From: Octopus vulgaris
Taxonomy: Eukaryota
Assembly: GCA_951406725.2 (NCBI GenBank)
Contig: OX597825.1
Location: 48,794,001 to 48,858,000, forward strand
Length of the DNA: 64,000 nucleotides
Reading direction: 5' to 3'
Under the pieces are notes generated by a model. The model was not told the DNA's origin. It was given only the letters and a program-made list of their open reading frames with translations, and ran no database searches. The translations under genes were made by a program, and so were the position numbers. Below, in pieces: positions 12,529 to 26,215 of the stretch (position 1 is its first letter; each line of letters starts with the position of its first letter).

Positions 12529-14629
12529 GTATGAATGTGTAAATGCAGACTGAAATACAAAAATACGTGCACGGATTCATCTAAGTACGAGTACACGTAT
12601 GAATGCTGCCTACTGCTCTTACAAAGGTATATCTGTACGATGTCTGCTAGTACTTACACACATTTATACTAATGTATTTGTCTATAAGTAGAAAGACACA
12701 TAAACATGCATTGAAAGAACTACATACGCACAACGAGTGCGTGCTAATTCACATATGTATGAACAGGTATGCAAACTACAAAACATATACATACAAAACA
12801 ACATAATTAAGTATAAAGAGTTCAAATAAATAATAAGGACGTACTCACTATTATGAGAAGAGTGTTTTATACGTAGATAAACGTAAAAGAAAGGCTATAA
12901 ATAAAAATGATGTGAATATAGTGTATGTTGGAATACATAAAATAAAGGGTGTAAGTAAAATGAAAAGTCCAGTATTTACATTCTTCCGCAGAAATTTTTC
13001 TGCGAGGCGAATAAAATATGAGAGGATTATATGAAGCAGATATAAATGATGAGGACCACGCATTGGTGTATGTATTGTGCGCATGTTTGCTGTGAAATAA
13101 ATGTAATTACATCACAGGAAAAACCAATGTCGGTAGATTCATCGTAATTCTTTTTTTATCTATAGCTTCGAGGTCACTTTCAGTGTCTTCAGTGCCACAG
13201 GAACTGTCTATCTAGTATCGTTCTTGTCAACCACGTCCGCTCTATGACAAACAATGTGCTGAAAGATGATGAATATCCTGGATCATGGCTGCCATCACCT
13301 TTGATGGGCTGCCATAAGCAAGCAATAACACCCCACCCCCAAAAAGCAACATCAGCAACAGCAAATCAAAAACAAAAGCACAAAAAATACAAACAAAGAA
13401 AGGGAAAAGAAAAATGCATCAGTAAACATTACTAAAAGTAATTTTTTGACGTACATTAAATACATTCTATTTCATTAACAGTGTGAAAGCAATTGACAGA
13501 ACCCTTTTAGGAATTGACAGAAATAACCGTTTTACAAAAGGAATATTCCATAAACGAAATAGCAATCAAGCAGTGTATCGATGACGTAGATATTGCAAAC
13601 AGAAAATGTAAAGGTTGTACATTGAGAATTAAGCGCATAGACATTGTATATCGAAATCACGATATACTAGAATTATAAAAGAAACATTCCTCATGATTTG
13701 TCTTTTTAGAATATTTCTTTTTTCCACCAAATTAAAAGAATATTACCATTCTAAAATATTTTCTTGCGATTCTATGTTAAAGTGAGTTTCATGTGGGTTC
13801 TTGAGTATATTTCATATGAATAATTTTTTTTAGTCTTCAATTGTGAGTTTAAAAATTCATTTTTCAAATAATCAGCTCATATGAAACAATATTTAACGCT
13901 GATTATATTCTGTTAATCACATCGAACAAAAAAGGATAAAGAAAAGTGGAAGAAGGAGGCAGAGAGTTTCACAGGAAAGACAAAGTGCGAGAAGGAGAGA
14001 GAGAGCCATTACTTTTTTGACGGCGTCTAACAAAAATAAAATAAAATAAAGAAAAATGGAAGGAAGCAGAGAGTTTATTTTATAAGCATAGTATATATAC
14101 TTTCTCGCACAACAATTACAATATATTTATTTTAAATCATTTATTTATTTTAAATCGTTCATCTTCCCCCCTCTCTCTCACACACATTACTTTGGGTGAG
14201 AAAGAGTTTTGTTTTTATTTTATGCCGAGTAAAAGAGTGTTTTGTTGACAATCCATTTATTTAACAACAAAGAAACAAAGAGGTGAGTAACAATTTGTCA
14301 GTGAATTACACAATATAAATGGGTACAATTTGCGAGGCTTCCACCATATCCCACTCCGTTTCACGGACCACAAAAAGGGTTTTAAGGCTAGAGTAGTTGA
14401 TTCCACGCAAAAAAAAAACCGATTTCTTTTCTTAGTAAAAATTGTGCGAGTGTTAATCTACAAATTTAACAACATTTTTCCATTCATTTCTGTTTATGAA
14501 CATGTATGCGTGCACAAAACATGCAATACGTGTACGTACGTATGTGTGTGTATGTGTGTTCATGTATGTTGCCCATATATATTTATATTATATTATATAT
14601 ATAAAATATATATAATATATATATAATGT

Positions 14630-14764
14630 ATATATAATATAACTAATTTCAACGGATTTCGCCCAAATTTGATGTCTATATTACTTAATTTGGTTTGAAA
14701 TAAAGAATTTGATTAGCTTAATAATCGTGACTTAATCCCGGACAAGGCCGGGTTATACTGCTAG
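14630..14764 (+). mobile_element. Helitron 3' end
   Basis: Hairpin CCCGG-ACAAGG-CCGGG (14737-14752) followed by CTAG|T. The 5' boundary is not located. Confidence 0.65.
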
Positions 14765-14912
14765 TAAAAAACACAATCGTGAATTCCACGCCAAAGTATT
14801 CGTCATGAGGATGAATTTCAGGCTCTGAATTTACATCACAATGAAATTACAAAGCGATAAAATACTAATTTTATAACTCGGTATCTTCATTGTAATGGAA
14901 TTTCAGTCGATT

Positions 14913-15880
14913 TACAAGGGTCAGCTGAAAAGTTCATAGGCTGACCAGGAAAATCTCATGAAATGTGACCAAATGAAGTTTAATTTTCAACATAGTATTT
15001 CTTAGGGTCTACACACGCCTTCCATCAGTGTTGCAGTACTTGGGTCCCATTACTGAAGTAGCTTTCAACCCGTTCAAAGCTACAGTCATGTACAGCAGTC
15101 ATTGAAACAGAGGACTTGTGCGCTGAAACATCGTTCTGATGAAACCAGACCCCTTTCGTAAGTTTTCTGGGTTCTTGGTCATGATTACATTTCGTAATTG
15201 CTTCAGCAATTTGGCATAGTCTCTCCATTGATGGTGTGACCATTTTGAAGATAGTCAATAAACACAATGCCTTTTACATCCCAAAACAACTAAGACCATC
15301 AACTTCCTTGTAAATGAAACAAACTTGGCCTTCTTTGGAGCAGATGAGGAGGGTGTTTCGACTACATGAATTGTCTCATTGCCTCTGGCTCAAAGTGATG
15401 AAGCCAAGACATCCTGGGTTTGGAAAAGTTCAAGAAAATCCAGCTGGATCTGCCTCAAACAATGAAAGATGTTCCTGTGATGTTATCAACCTGGAGCGCT
15501 TATCAGGTGTCAGAAGACGTGGTCCCCACTGAGAAGAAACATTCGTTATACCAAATTTATTGTGTAGAATATTCTAAATTATCATGGGATATGTTAATAG
15601 CATTGGCTATTTGATTTATAAGCAATCACCTGTAATCCATCACCATGTGGTGAACACGATCAATGTTTTCCTTGGTGGTTGCGATTGCACGATGTCCAGA
15701 CCTTGGGTCATCTTTAACACTCTCCCTTCTCCCCCTAAATTCAGCCGTCCACTTTTGTACTGTTGATAAAGCTGCAACAATATCAGCATGGATGTCTTAG
15801 TGTGCTAAACTCTTTTTATGCGGGTTCTTGATAGCATCACGATTGTGAAGACCCTGCAATTGTTCACTGTTTTTTCATGG
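14913..15880 (-). mobile_element. Degraded mariner transposon
   Basis: TA-CAAGGGTCAGCTGAAAAGTTC TIR-like end. Transposase remnants LTKGVWFHQNDVSAHKS resemble the mariner at 57697-58707. Confidence 0.7.
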
Positions 15881-15899
15881 ATCATTTTGTTAATTAATA

Positions 15900-17150
15900 G
15901 GGTCTGTATACCACCTCACATTTTCTTCCCTCCAATTTTCTGTATAATGTTAGTGGTGGTACAATGATCCTGCAGGAACAGATTGAATTATCCAGCGTAT
16001 AATTTGTACATGATGTTCTAGCAGGCTATTGGGCGGTAAACTTTTTGCAAAGAGTGGTTTGGCTATTCTTGAGGATGTGGAGAGTAGTTGTATTTGATAA
16101 CTATTGGCTTTGATATTTTCTGCACACAACAGCATAAGATCTCGCCGGTGATAAGGGAATTCTTCAACCAGTAGCCTGTAACGAGGTCTGGACCTGAGAA
16201 TTTCCTGTTTCACATTTTCTGTAGAACCGTTTCTAGTATTTTGTCGTCTATTTCATATCGTTTTTGCCGCACATGCAGGTAGTAGTGCTCCAGTTCTTTT
16301 AGTCATACAGTTTGTTTGTTTAACTCATCATGCAGGTTCAATATAGGTCTCCAGTAGCCCTTAACCTGATGTTTTGTGGGCTTTATTTTACAATGATTGA
16401 AGCTGCAATAACTGACTTGGGATCTCTGGCAAGTAATCTATTGAGATTTTGCCGTTTATATGCTCTAGGTATATATTTTAGATTTCCAGCAGTAGCTGTG
16501 AGTTGTTTCAGCTGGTACAGTTTGTAGTTGTTTTTGAGTCCAGTATAGTCAAATTGCCTCTCTATTTTTTTCCCTGAGATCTTGATATCGTGTGAAAATT
16601 TTCTCTGTGTTATATTTCATAACTGCAACGATTTCTGAGGTACTGTTTCGCAGGAATAAAATCATATTTTTAAAATTACGTGGCCATGCTTGTTCAGGCT
16701 TTCTGTTTGATTCACGATTACCTGGCTTCAGCTTTTTATGATATGCTAGAAATGAAATATCTGAAACTTATACCAAAAGGTAAATGATTTCGTAGGTTGT
16801 TTTCATACTTATCGACTGTGCGACCGTTAGACATTTTTTGCCATTTCGTTTACTGCCTCTAATTCTAATTTACTGGCTTCTTTAGTTATGCTGGTGTTGT
16901 ATGATCTATCATTCAACTTAAGGTTGTGGACCTGTTGAAACATACCATCGTAGATCACTTATAACGTGTCCACAAGCTTCTGGTGTTTTTCTGTTTGTAC
17001 AGTATAGGTATAGATTTAAGCTAAATTGTTGGTGTGTAGTTTATTGCTAGATCTAGTCAACTGTTCTGTGTGTTCATCAGTGAAAAGAGGATTGATCATC
17101 TTCAATGGCTGGTTTTATAGTGCCAGCCTGCATTAAATGTATCAATTTAC
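15900..17150 (-). mobile_element. Highly decayed APE-type LINE ORF2 relic
   Basis: T-rich plus strand. The minus strand gives fragments resembling the pre-RT region (e.g. CSCRIIVPPLT). Many stops. Confidence 0.35.
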
Positions 17151-17959
17151 GCCTAATGATACGTTTTCTTGCTCATTTACAGGTTTTGGAAAAAAAATAT
17201 AATTCTGTGTATTTATAGTTCAACAAAGTTTTTAGCATTTGTATAAAACCGAACATTTGGGGGTCATATTGTATATATGCTACATATAATTCTTTAAGAC
17301 AGGAGGTCCATTGTATACATTGATTGTAGTCACGATTTGGTCAAAGGAGACTCGTACGTTTGGTCATTATGATTTTTCTATTCACTGATATTTGTATTTG
17401 TTGTTAAAATAGACAATGAACTTTTTAAAAAGTTTCAACGAGGTTTGTCAGAATTAAATTATTCACAGCTTAGGTAATGTTTCTCTTCTGGTTGTTTTTA
17501 AGTCTACACTTGTATTTAAACGTACATAGTGAGCAGAATGTTTCTTTTTCGTGAATTGTTTTGAAGCGTTACTTGGCTTATTTCTTTATGTGTCTAACAT
17601 CACAGCGCTATGACTATACAGATATGTTAAGATGAATGTATCGTTTATATAGATATGCTACAATATGTATAGTATGTAAAACACTTACGTAGAAATATTC
17701 GTATGTAATATTACTGCATTCTGTCGCTCAACTTTTCCAGTGTTTGGTATGTTGCTTTATATACGTAGTAATTACACATATCTGAGTATCAGACTGATCG
17801 TAAAGGTCGCCATAATTTATGTATAGGTATAGTTTATAATAGCAAAAACCATTATAAACTTTACCAGAATTAAGATCTCGATGAAGGATAGCCACAAGAA
17901 CTCCCTAAACAAGCCTAACCTTTCAAGAAGTACAATTTCAATGCCTTTGTTGGCCTCCT

Positions 17960-18100
17960 ATTGGAAAATTTCTTTATTAGACTGCTTTTTAAAATTGTTA
18001 TTGTCAATAGCATGTACATATTTTTCTTTAGAACCCCACTGTCCTTCGTCATTGTAATGTCCTAAATCTTTCCGTGGCACTTGCAGCCAATAAATAAAAT
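17960..18100 (+). mobile_element. Tx1-family 3' UTR fragment with (CTT)n tail
   Basis: AACCCCACTGTCCTTCGTCATTGTAATGTCC...GCCAATAAA matches the reverse complement of 62477-62552. Confidence 0.65.
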
Positions 18101-18136
18101 CTTCTTCTTCTTCTTCTTCTTCTTCTTCTTCTTCTT

Positions 18137-18508
18137 GCACGCCGGGCAAAATGATTAGCGGTATTTCGTCTGCCGCTACGTTCTGAGTTCAAATTCCGCC
18201 GAGGTCGACTTTGCCTTTCATCCTTTCGGATTCGATTAAATAAGTACCAGTTACGCACTGGGGTAGATATAATCGACTTAATCCGTTTGTTTGTCCTCTC
18301 TGTGTTTAGCTCCTTGTGAGTAATAAAGAAATAGGTATTTCGTTTGTATTTACGTTCTCGAATTCAAATTCCACCGAAGTCGATTTTGCCTTTCATCCGT
18401 TCCAAGTCGATAAATTAAGTACCAGTTCCGTACTGGGGAAGATCTAATGGACTGCCCCCCCCCAATTTCAGGCCTTGTGCCTATAGTAGAAAGAATTATT
18501 ATTATTAT
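18137..18508 (+). mobile_element. SINE family A, two tandem units
   Basis: B-box GAGTTCAAATTCC and the GCCTTTCATCC domain occur twice about 180 bp apart. (ATT)n tail. Confidence 0.88.
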
Positions 18509-19157
18509 AGTCATCAATCATTAATTGGAGAATTGCATTTGTGTTACTTTACAGTTAAGTCTCTATGCAGGCGATCGATCTGCTAGACATCAAGATTAAT
18601 CACCTAATAACTACGACCACCCACCAATGCTAAACAAAAAATCCTAAATAATCTGATACTGTACAACACTTCTATTTTTAACATTAATGAACATGAATTT
18701 ACAAAAATACAAAAATTACTAAAATAACGAAGGCAAGAAACTTAAGGGATAAAATGAATAGATTTAAAGAGGGAACCAGGACGTAAACATCACAGTGAAT
18801 GAGAGAGTTCTGTTGTCGGTTAACTTAAGAAAAAAAAACTGACTGCCGTGGTGAAGCATTCTATATTTGAGCATGTAAATGATGTTTTTTATGAAAGTAT
18901 AATGCAATTTTAAACCAGACAAAAATATTGGTTATGCAGATATATTTCAATGTTCAATTTCTTCTTTCTTCACTATTACTAAGTAAATGTTTACAATGTT
19001 TGTAAATATTGCATAGAATGCATAGAGACATACTTGGCAAGAACGCTAACGTTAATAGATTAAGACTACAATTCTAAGAGAGGTAAACGTCAACGAACAT
19101 TATTTAATAAACCGAAGACTCGAGTGATAATTTAAAGGGATGAAATATTATTTCCTA

Positions 19158-19362
19158 CCCCAAGCACAAGGCCTGAAATTTTTGGAGAGGGGTCCAAGTT
19201 GATTAGATCGACTCCAGTACGCAAATGATACTTAATTTATCGAGCCAAAAGGATGAAAGGCAAAGTCGACTTCGGCAGAATTTGAACTCAAAACGTAAAG
19301 AGAGTCGAAATACCGCTAAGCATATCACCCGGTGTGCTAACGTTTCTGCCAGCACGCCGTCT
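19158..19362 (-). mobile_element. SINE family A
   Basis: Reverse complement of the 26216 head and central domain. Confidence 0.8.
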
Positions 19363-19794
19363 CAGAGGGATAAAATATTAAATAGACAGTACTCTAATAC
19401 GTCATTTGTGCGTATAGCGACAACTCAGTTCATGTTTCGCGTTTATGAAACTGCCTCAGCAAAATAATTTTTCGCGTGTTAATCAGATCGATACACTCAC
19501 ACACACACACGCGCGTGTTCAGATACACAGACACGCACACACATGCATACAATCACATACAAATACACAAAGACGCAAACGCACATACATAGTGAGAAAG
19601 GTGGCACCGAGGAATGACAAAGGGATTTACGGGAAAACAGAAACGAATGCAGGCGCACTCATATCTTCATGAGTCGTCAACCAAATATCACAATAAACAA
19701 TATACGAACAGTCACACAAATATGTACACACACATACATACATATATACACATATATACATACATGCATACATACTCACACATACACATATATA

Positions 19795-19908
19795 TAAGAA
19801 GCTTGCTTCCCAACCACATGGCACCTTAGACAAGTGCTTTTGCTATAGCCTCGGGCGGACCAAAGCTTTGTGAATGAATTTGGTAGACTGAAACCGAAAA
19901 AGCCCGTC

Positions 19909-19910
<2 letters not shown>
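19795..19910 (+). mobile_element. SINE family B 5' part, internally deleted
   Basis: GCTTGCTTCCCAACCACATGG...TATAGCCTCGGGC...GCCCGTCGT. Confidence 0.75.
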
Positions 19911-19972
<62 letters not shown>

Positions 19973-20194
19973 TATTGTGTCTGGAGAGAGCGCCATTCTG
20001 TTTTAGTGCCTTATTACTTAACACACTCACCGGTTTCGACTTCCACCCATTTACATATTTATTTTTCGAGAAAAGATAAATAGAAAAATAGAAAAATAAT
20101 AAAAAAAATAAATAAGTAAATGAGTTGAAATCGAACCGGTGAATGTGTTAAGTAATACGGTTCTAAAAGAGAATGACTCTCCCCAGACACAATA
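19973..20194. mobile_element. MITE with about 90 bp TIRs and TA ends (Tc1/mariner type)
   Basis: TATTGTGTCTGGAGAGAG...ACTTAACACACTCACCGGTT at the left is inverted at the right as AACCGGTGAATGTGTTAAGT...CTCTCCCCAGACACAATA. Short A-rich spacer. Confidence 0.85.
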
Positions 20195-20301
20195 AAATGT
20201 GCTTCAACACACGAGTTCACATAAAGAATCTTGCAAACCAACTACAGACCGCTAAATCCACACGTTTTTAAAATTCTCTCTCTGCTTATTTTCTCTTACT
20301 C

Positions 20302-20337
20302 CTTTCTGTTGAAGAGCGTAGGCTCGAAACGTAGAAG
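20302..20337 (+). ncRNA. Minimal type I hammerhead motif, CUGUUGA core
   Basis: CUUU CUGUUGA A GAGC GUAG GCUC GAAA CG UA GAAG. Stem I CUUU/GAAG, stem II GAGC/GCUC, stem III palindrome ACGU. Lies in a PLE terminal fragment at 20230-20400. Confidence 0.7.
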
Positions 20338-20779
20338 TATTACACCTGCTTGTTGTTCATACACCTGTCTTCATCTTTTGTTTTTCTATAGATTTCAACT
20401 ATATATATATATATGGCGGTGCCCCAGCATGGCCACAGCTTGTGAGCTGAAACTAGATAAAAATAAAAAAAAATAAATAAAATATATGTGTGTGTGTGTG
20501 TGTGTGTGCAAAGAGTCTAGAAATGCTGGTTTGACAAAGCTAAAAGAAAAAAATAGAAAAAAACAAGTGGGATTGATGAGAAGAATTGTGAAATGTCTTC
20601 ATTGATCATCTCTATTGTTGTATTGATATTCTATATTGTCATACACTACCCCCAGACGAATATCGAGCAGGTAATTTAGCATTAATTACTTTAAAATCTC
20701 ATCAGATATTTTCTGGTATGGTTTGCTAAATATAGGAATGTGTTGGTGTTTTGAGGTTACTAAAAGTCCAATAATATCA

Positions 20780-21510
20780 GAGGCGATGAGAAAATAGAGA
20801 TAATGGGAGAAAAAATGCGTAAGATAGATTGAAAGAGACAGAAAGAGGAATGGTGTGAAGGGATAGAGAGGGAAAGTAGAGTGGAGGGGGAGAAGAGGAA
20901 ATAGACAAACAGACAGAAGAGGGGAAGAGGCGAGATAGATAGACAGAGAAGGAAAGAAAGACGGAGAGACAGATAACGAGGTCGCGGGGTAAAGACAGAC
21001 AAGCAGAAATAGAAAGAAAGAGGAAAAGAGAGAGAGGGAGGGAGGGAGATAAAAGGAAGAGAGAGCGACAGATAGAAAATGAGGTGCAAAGGAAGAGGGA
21101 GAGAAAGGAGAGACAGATAGAGAGGGAGAGAGGTAGAGATAGACAGAAAGAGAGAGTGAGAGAGAGAGGGAGAAAAAGGAAGAGACAGACGGACAGAAAA
21201 GGAGGGGAAAAGGAAGTAAAAAAAGAGAGATAGAGAGAGATGAAGAAATAAACAGGTTGAAAGAGAAAAAGGAAGAGATAGACTGATAGAAGATGAGAGC
21301 AAAAAATGTAGAGACACAAAGAAGAAGAAAAAGAGGAGAGATAGCTAGATAAATAAATAGATAGATAGGCAGATAGGTAGGTAGATAGACAGATATATAT
21401 ATAGAGAGAGAGGGAGGGAGAGAAAGATAAAACAAAGACAGAAAGAGAAAGAGAATGAGAAAGAATGATACACAAGCAGAAAGGGCAAGAAAGAAATTGA
21501 AAAACAGAGA
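20780..21510. repeat. GA-rich low-complexity tract
   Basis: Purine-rich degenerate repeat. It explains the three overlapping S/L/F-rich ORFs. Confidence 0.9.
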
Positions 21511-22084
21511 GTGTTTCTGACTGTTCAGTTGTTTGTAACATATACTTTAAACACAGAAAGGTCGATACTAAACTACTGTCGCTATTATCCGAATTTTTTT
21601 TCTGTCAGTGAGATGTTTTGTGGTTGAACAAATAAATTGAAGTGCTTATGAGTTCAAATCTATTGCACGTAAATTATTGAGCTCCATTAATTCTGCATTT
21701 TTACAGTTCACTGAAGGGGACCAAGTAGACGGTAATCTTCTGAGAGCGGATTATATCATATTCGTTAAATCATATTCTCTACGCAGTAGAAAAGGTATGA
21801 AATGGAAACAAAAAACTAAGTCGATTGTTGCTATGTTCATCTCTTTCTCATGAACATTAGTTTGGCAAAACAAATGAAATGATATAGAGGAAGCAAGGAG
21901 TTTATATTTCATGGCAATTTTTCAAGATACAATCTTTGAAAAATTTCTATGTAAGAATTAGAATTGGTAGATGTTTCCGTAATTCTAGAAATGTGAAAAT
22001 GGAGGAAAGTCTGGAAGTGTCTGTATTTTTTTCTAGAGATTGCGGGTAGAAAGAGTTGCTATGTCTGTAAACATTCTAGAGATA

Positions 22085-22490
22085 GGCACAAGCGTGGCCG
22101 TGTGGTAAGAAGCTTGTTTCCTAACCACAAGGTTCTGAGTTCGGTCCAATTGCCTTGTACTATAGCCTCGGGCCGAATTAGGCCTTACGAATGGATTTGG
22201 TGGAAGGAAACAGAAAGAAGCCCGTCCTATATATATATGTGCATGTGTGTGTGTGTGTGTGTGTGTGTGTCTGTGTATGTCTGTATGTGTGTGACATTGT
22301 ATCTACGTTTGTTCCCCCCACCCGCCACTGCTTGACAAACGTGTTTATGTCGCGGTAAGTTAGAATTTCGGCAAAAAAGCCGATAGAATAAGTACTAGGT
22401 TTAAAAGAAATACTAAGGTTAATTCGCTGAACCAAAATACTTCAAGATGATACCTCAGCCTAGCCGCAGTCTAATGACTGAAACAAAAAA
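22085..22490 (+). mobile_element. SINE family B
   Basis: Head GTGGCCGTGTGGTAAGAAGCTTG, internal (TG)n, tail GATAGAATAAGTACTAGG...ATGACTGAAACAA. Confidence 0.85.
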
Positions 22491-23644
22491 AAAAGAAAGA
22501 AAAGAAGTCGGTAGAAAGGGTTTTTGTGTCTTCATTGGTTTGAAAAATGTTTGAAAACGGTGGAAAAGATAGCAACTCTAGATCAAAGGTTTTCAACGGG
22601 AGCTTTATGGCCCTCGGGAGCCATTTGGAGCTCGAGGGGGTGACGTTCTGGAGCAAAGGGCACTAGGAGGAGGGTTAAGAGACTTGGAAAACCATCGTCT
22701 TCGGTGAGTTTAATTTGAAATTAAAGAGTAGTAGCCATATTTTCACATCTCTGCAAAAGTCGGTTTTAAAAAACCTATGCCTTTTTGTTTCAAATTCTCA
22801 AAAACTAAAAAAAACACTTTTTCCACTTTGACGACACCAAGCAAATTCCTGGTACCATGTCTAACTGGTGTCGTTAAAGTGAAACCGCCAAAACTTGAAA
22901 GAAAACTATAAACATAGTGACAGATAATTAACAGAAAAAAAGTAATGAATAAAAGCGAAAAGCTGATTTGTGTGTGTGTGGTGGTCAGAATTTTAGATCA
23001 GATTGGCTTTTGGGAGTGTATGATAGGTATGTATTTGTGCATATATGGTTATGTTTGTATGTATAAGATTGCGTGTGTTGCCGTTTTGAATTGCTTTCTG
23101 CGATTGATCTTTAATTAACCCCTGGCTATTTATGACCGAACCACACACACACACACAAATGCATGCACATTAGTTTTAGGTTTTGTAGCCATTTCAACTG
23201 CGGCTATACACCAGATAACGTGGTAAGTCTTATGTTCTGAAATTTAAATTTTGAATTTGTTTTAATTATAAATTTACACCCCATCTCAAAACCCGTTTTG
23301 CTTTTGAAAAACAGAAATTTTCTTTCTCTTTTTATATTTTATGTTTAGTTAGAATTTCTCTAATTTGGAAAGGACTTTTAAATTTTCTGTATCAAGCAAT
23401 GAACAGAATTATTAAAAAAAATGAATTCATAGAGCGGAACAAAATCAAAAATATTAATTTTAATTGTAATGATGGAGAGGAGTAAACATTTTCCCTTTCC
23501 TTAATACTAACAAGAGCATAGTATGAGGGAGATTTAACTGTTATTTCTAGCAGATTGAACAACCACACAGAAAGTACCTCATTGGCTCATTTGTTGATGT
23601 GTATAAGTAAACGAAAACAGATACTAGTAAACCCATACACACAC

Positions 23645-23718
<74 letters not shown>

Positions 23719-24099
23719 ATTTTGACATGGGCGATTCTTTCTTGTCTTGGGATTCACGGTCAAACTGCTGGGTGGAATTGCCCGAAAAATTACACAGATT
23801 TGTAGAATGACCCGATGGTGATGCTGAGCTTTGTATTTTTCATAGCTCTCACGGTTACCGAGATAATCTACTATAATAATATTCTTGTATTTATGAATGA
23901 GAAAGAAAGGGGTGGGATGATGAAAATTGTACGCTGGAAAAATATATCAAACAGCGTTTCAACTCTGTATGAATATATGTGTGCGTATGTAAGAGGGGTT
24001 ATGTGAATGTGTGTATGCGTGTGCTCGTGCAATGGAAGTGGGATGATTCACCTTTGTTCGCTTAGTATTTGGGTTTATTTGGGGATTTAGTTGATTTTG

Positions 24100-24250
24100 G
24101 TTGGTTTTTTTTGTCGGTCAGTTATTTTTAGTGCCTTGACAGAGAAAAGTCATTCTAAAATTGTTTTTTAACAAGTGGAATGCTTATGCAGAGCAGGTTT
24201 TACAACCACATCATCTAAACCGATCGTGTGAAACCGGGCTTGGCTGCTAG
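24100..24250 (+). mobile_element. Helitron 3' end
   Basis: CGTGTGAAACCGGGCTTGGCTGCTAG|T, same layout as the ends at 14764 and 41799. The hairpin is degraded. Confidence 0.5.
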
Positions 24251-24419
24251 TATATATATATATGAAATGGGCAGAATTATGATGTAAACTCGTGACAAAA
24301 CCCCTCAAAACCTTTGAATTTTGACGAATTTTTACGAAATCGTTTCGATTCTGTCTTCTGGATAATTAAATTGATATGATTATGCAAATAATAATGATAA
24401 TAAATGAAATAAAATAAAA

Positions 24420-25330
24420 AATAGAAAATCTTCCACCACTCCATTTTTTAAAATCCGTGGTTTCAAAATACGGTCAGTCCGAATCTACCATTCGTTTCTC
24501 TTTATAATTTCCAAATAATTTTTTAATATTTTTATGAAAGAAAGTCAATCGACGGTCATTACACTCTTTCACATAGTCCTGGAATTTATATGTGAAACGC
24601 CAGTGACATGCAACATGTCCATCAGCAATATTAGCTGATAGACAGCCGTGCAGTGGTACGACATATAGTCCAAGTAGAAGAAAGCTTTCCTTTCAAGAGG
24701 AAAAATGAAGGTGAAAGAGTAGTTAAGAGGTTTTGGATACTTGTGATTATCATAACCGACGGTGTGCCATTTTTTATGTGTGTATGTGCGTGTATAAAGA
24801 TATAATTAAAACAATACGTATACATCCACGTATATATATGGTGTGAATTTTCTGAAACTTCTTTGGGACAAATGGTTTTCACAATGAATTCCAATTTTAT
24901 CGGAATCTACATGATCTGAAGCATATTTGTAGAAAATAAATATTTAACTTTCTCAAGGCTATGAAGAGGCAAATCTGTTGGGCACAATTGCGTAGATATG
25001 CCGAAATATTTTTATATATATATAAAACTAACTCTTTAAAAATGTATGTGTGTGTGTATATATTTGTATGTTTCTGTATGCATGTATGCATATATATGTA
25101 TAAGTTTCAGAAGATATTAGTATAGTGGAATAAAAGTCAGTCATAATAAGAGATCTCCCCCAAATCTATCTTCTTAATTTTTAACTACATATTTACACAT
25201 ATTTACGCAATTTTGATTTTGAAGTATTTAAAAAATTATTTGGAAATTATAAAGAGAAAAGAATGGTAGATTCTGACTGTCCATATTTTAAAACCACGAA
25301 TTACCGAATTAAAAAAAAATTGTGTGTCGA
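24420..25330 (+). mobile_element. Merlin (IS1595/IS1016-like) transposon derivative with about 75 bp inverted repeats
   Basis: Inverted repeats at 24453-24527 and 25226-25302. Internal TAVQWY then HIVQVEESFPFKRKNEGERVVKRFWIL resembles the Merlin IVEIDES.F.KRKY..GR....W motif. Confidence 0.6.
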
Positions 25331-26215
25331 GTTTTTTCTCTAGAATTTCATGGTTTCATAGGAATAAGCGTGGAAAACTGCATGAAGATAACCAATTTTC
25401 AGATATTTTACTTCCTTTTAAGAATTGCAGATTTTGTGAATGAAAAAAGCTAGATACTGAATAAGAAATGAATTTTTAATATGACAAATTTTCAGATTTT
25501 TTACATCATTTTAAAAGGGGTGGGGGTGATTTGTGACTCAGACTAACTAGATTCAAGTACAGTGAATTGAATACCATCCATATGAAGTACATGTGTATTT
25601 CAACAATTTCTATCAAAAGCACTCTTTCTTGAGCATTAAAAAATCCTCTTCCCGGGTGACAATAACTTATATGTCAAATTGTTGCACAAGTTCTAGCTGT
25701 TTTGATAAAGGAAATAGGAGAGGTTTGAAATGAATTCATCGGCATATATTTGTATCAAAGAGCACTCTTTCGATAGACAACATGTTGATCTCATAAGTGT
25801 CGCGTGGTGGAAATAAACCCAATTACCAAACTTTCAATTCATTATTTCGGTTTTTTTGCATTTCAATTTGTCCATCTGTACTCCCAACTTCGTACAAGCG
25901 TATATCTAATACGGCGTCCTTTATTTTTTAATCATTATCTGCTGATATCAAAATAAGTAGTATATTGAAAAATAAAAATATTTTCTAGGGGGCGCCATTT
26001 GTGATTCCATTGGCCAAAATGGGTTGAGAACCTATGCTCTAGATCAAATATGTTTCAATATTTTGTTATCTCACTAAGCTTTTATCTCTCACAAGTTATA
26101 TTTCATTTCTCTTTTTCGGGCTGATGACTCAAATACTCTTAAATACCCCTTTCATTTCAATATTCTCTACCCATTGTCTAGAGTTGTGTGGCCCTGTGTC
26201 AATATATGAACTTAT

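Noticed and set aside
13170-13196. Minus-strand CUGAAGA-CACU-GAAA
   Set aside because: No stem II and no stem I pairing. Likely chance.
20686-21541. Long overlapping S/L/F-rich ORFs
   Set aside because: They are translations of a GA/CT low-complexity tract lacking stops. No domain signal.
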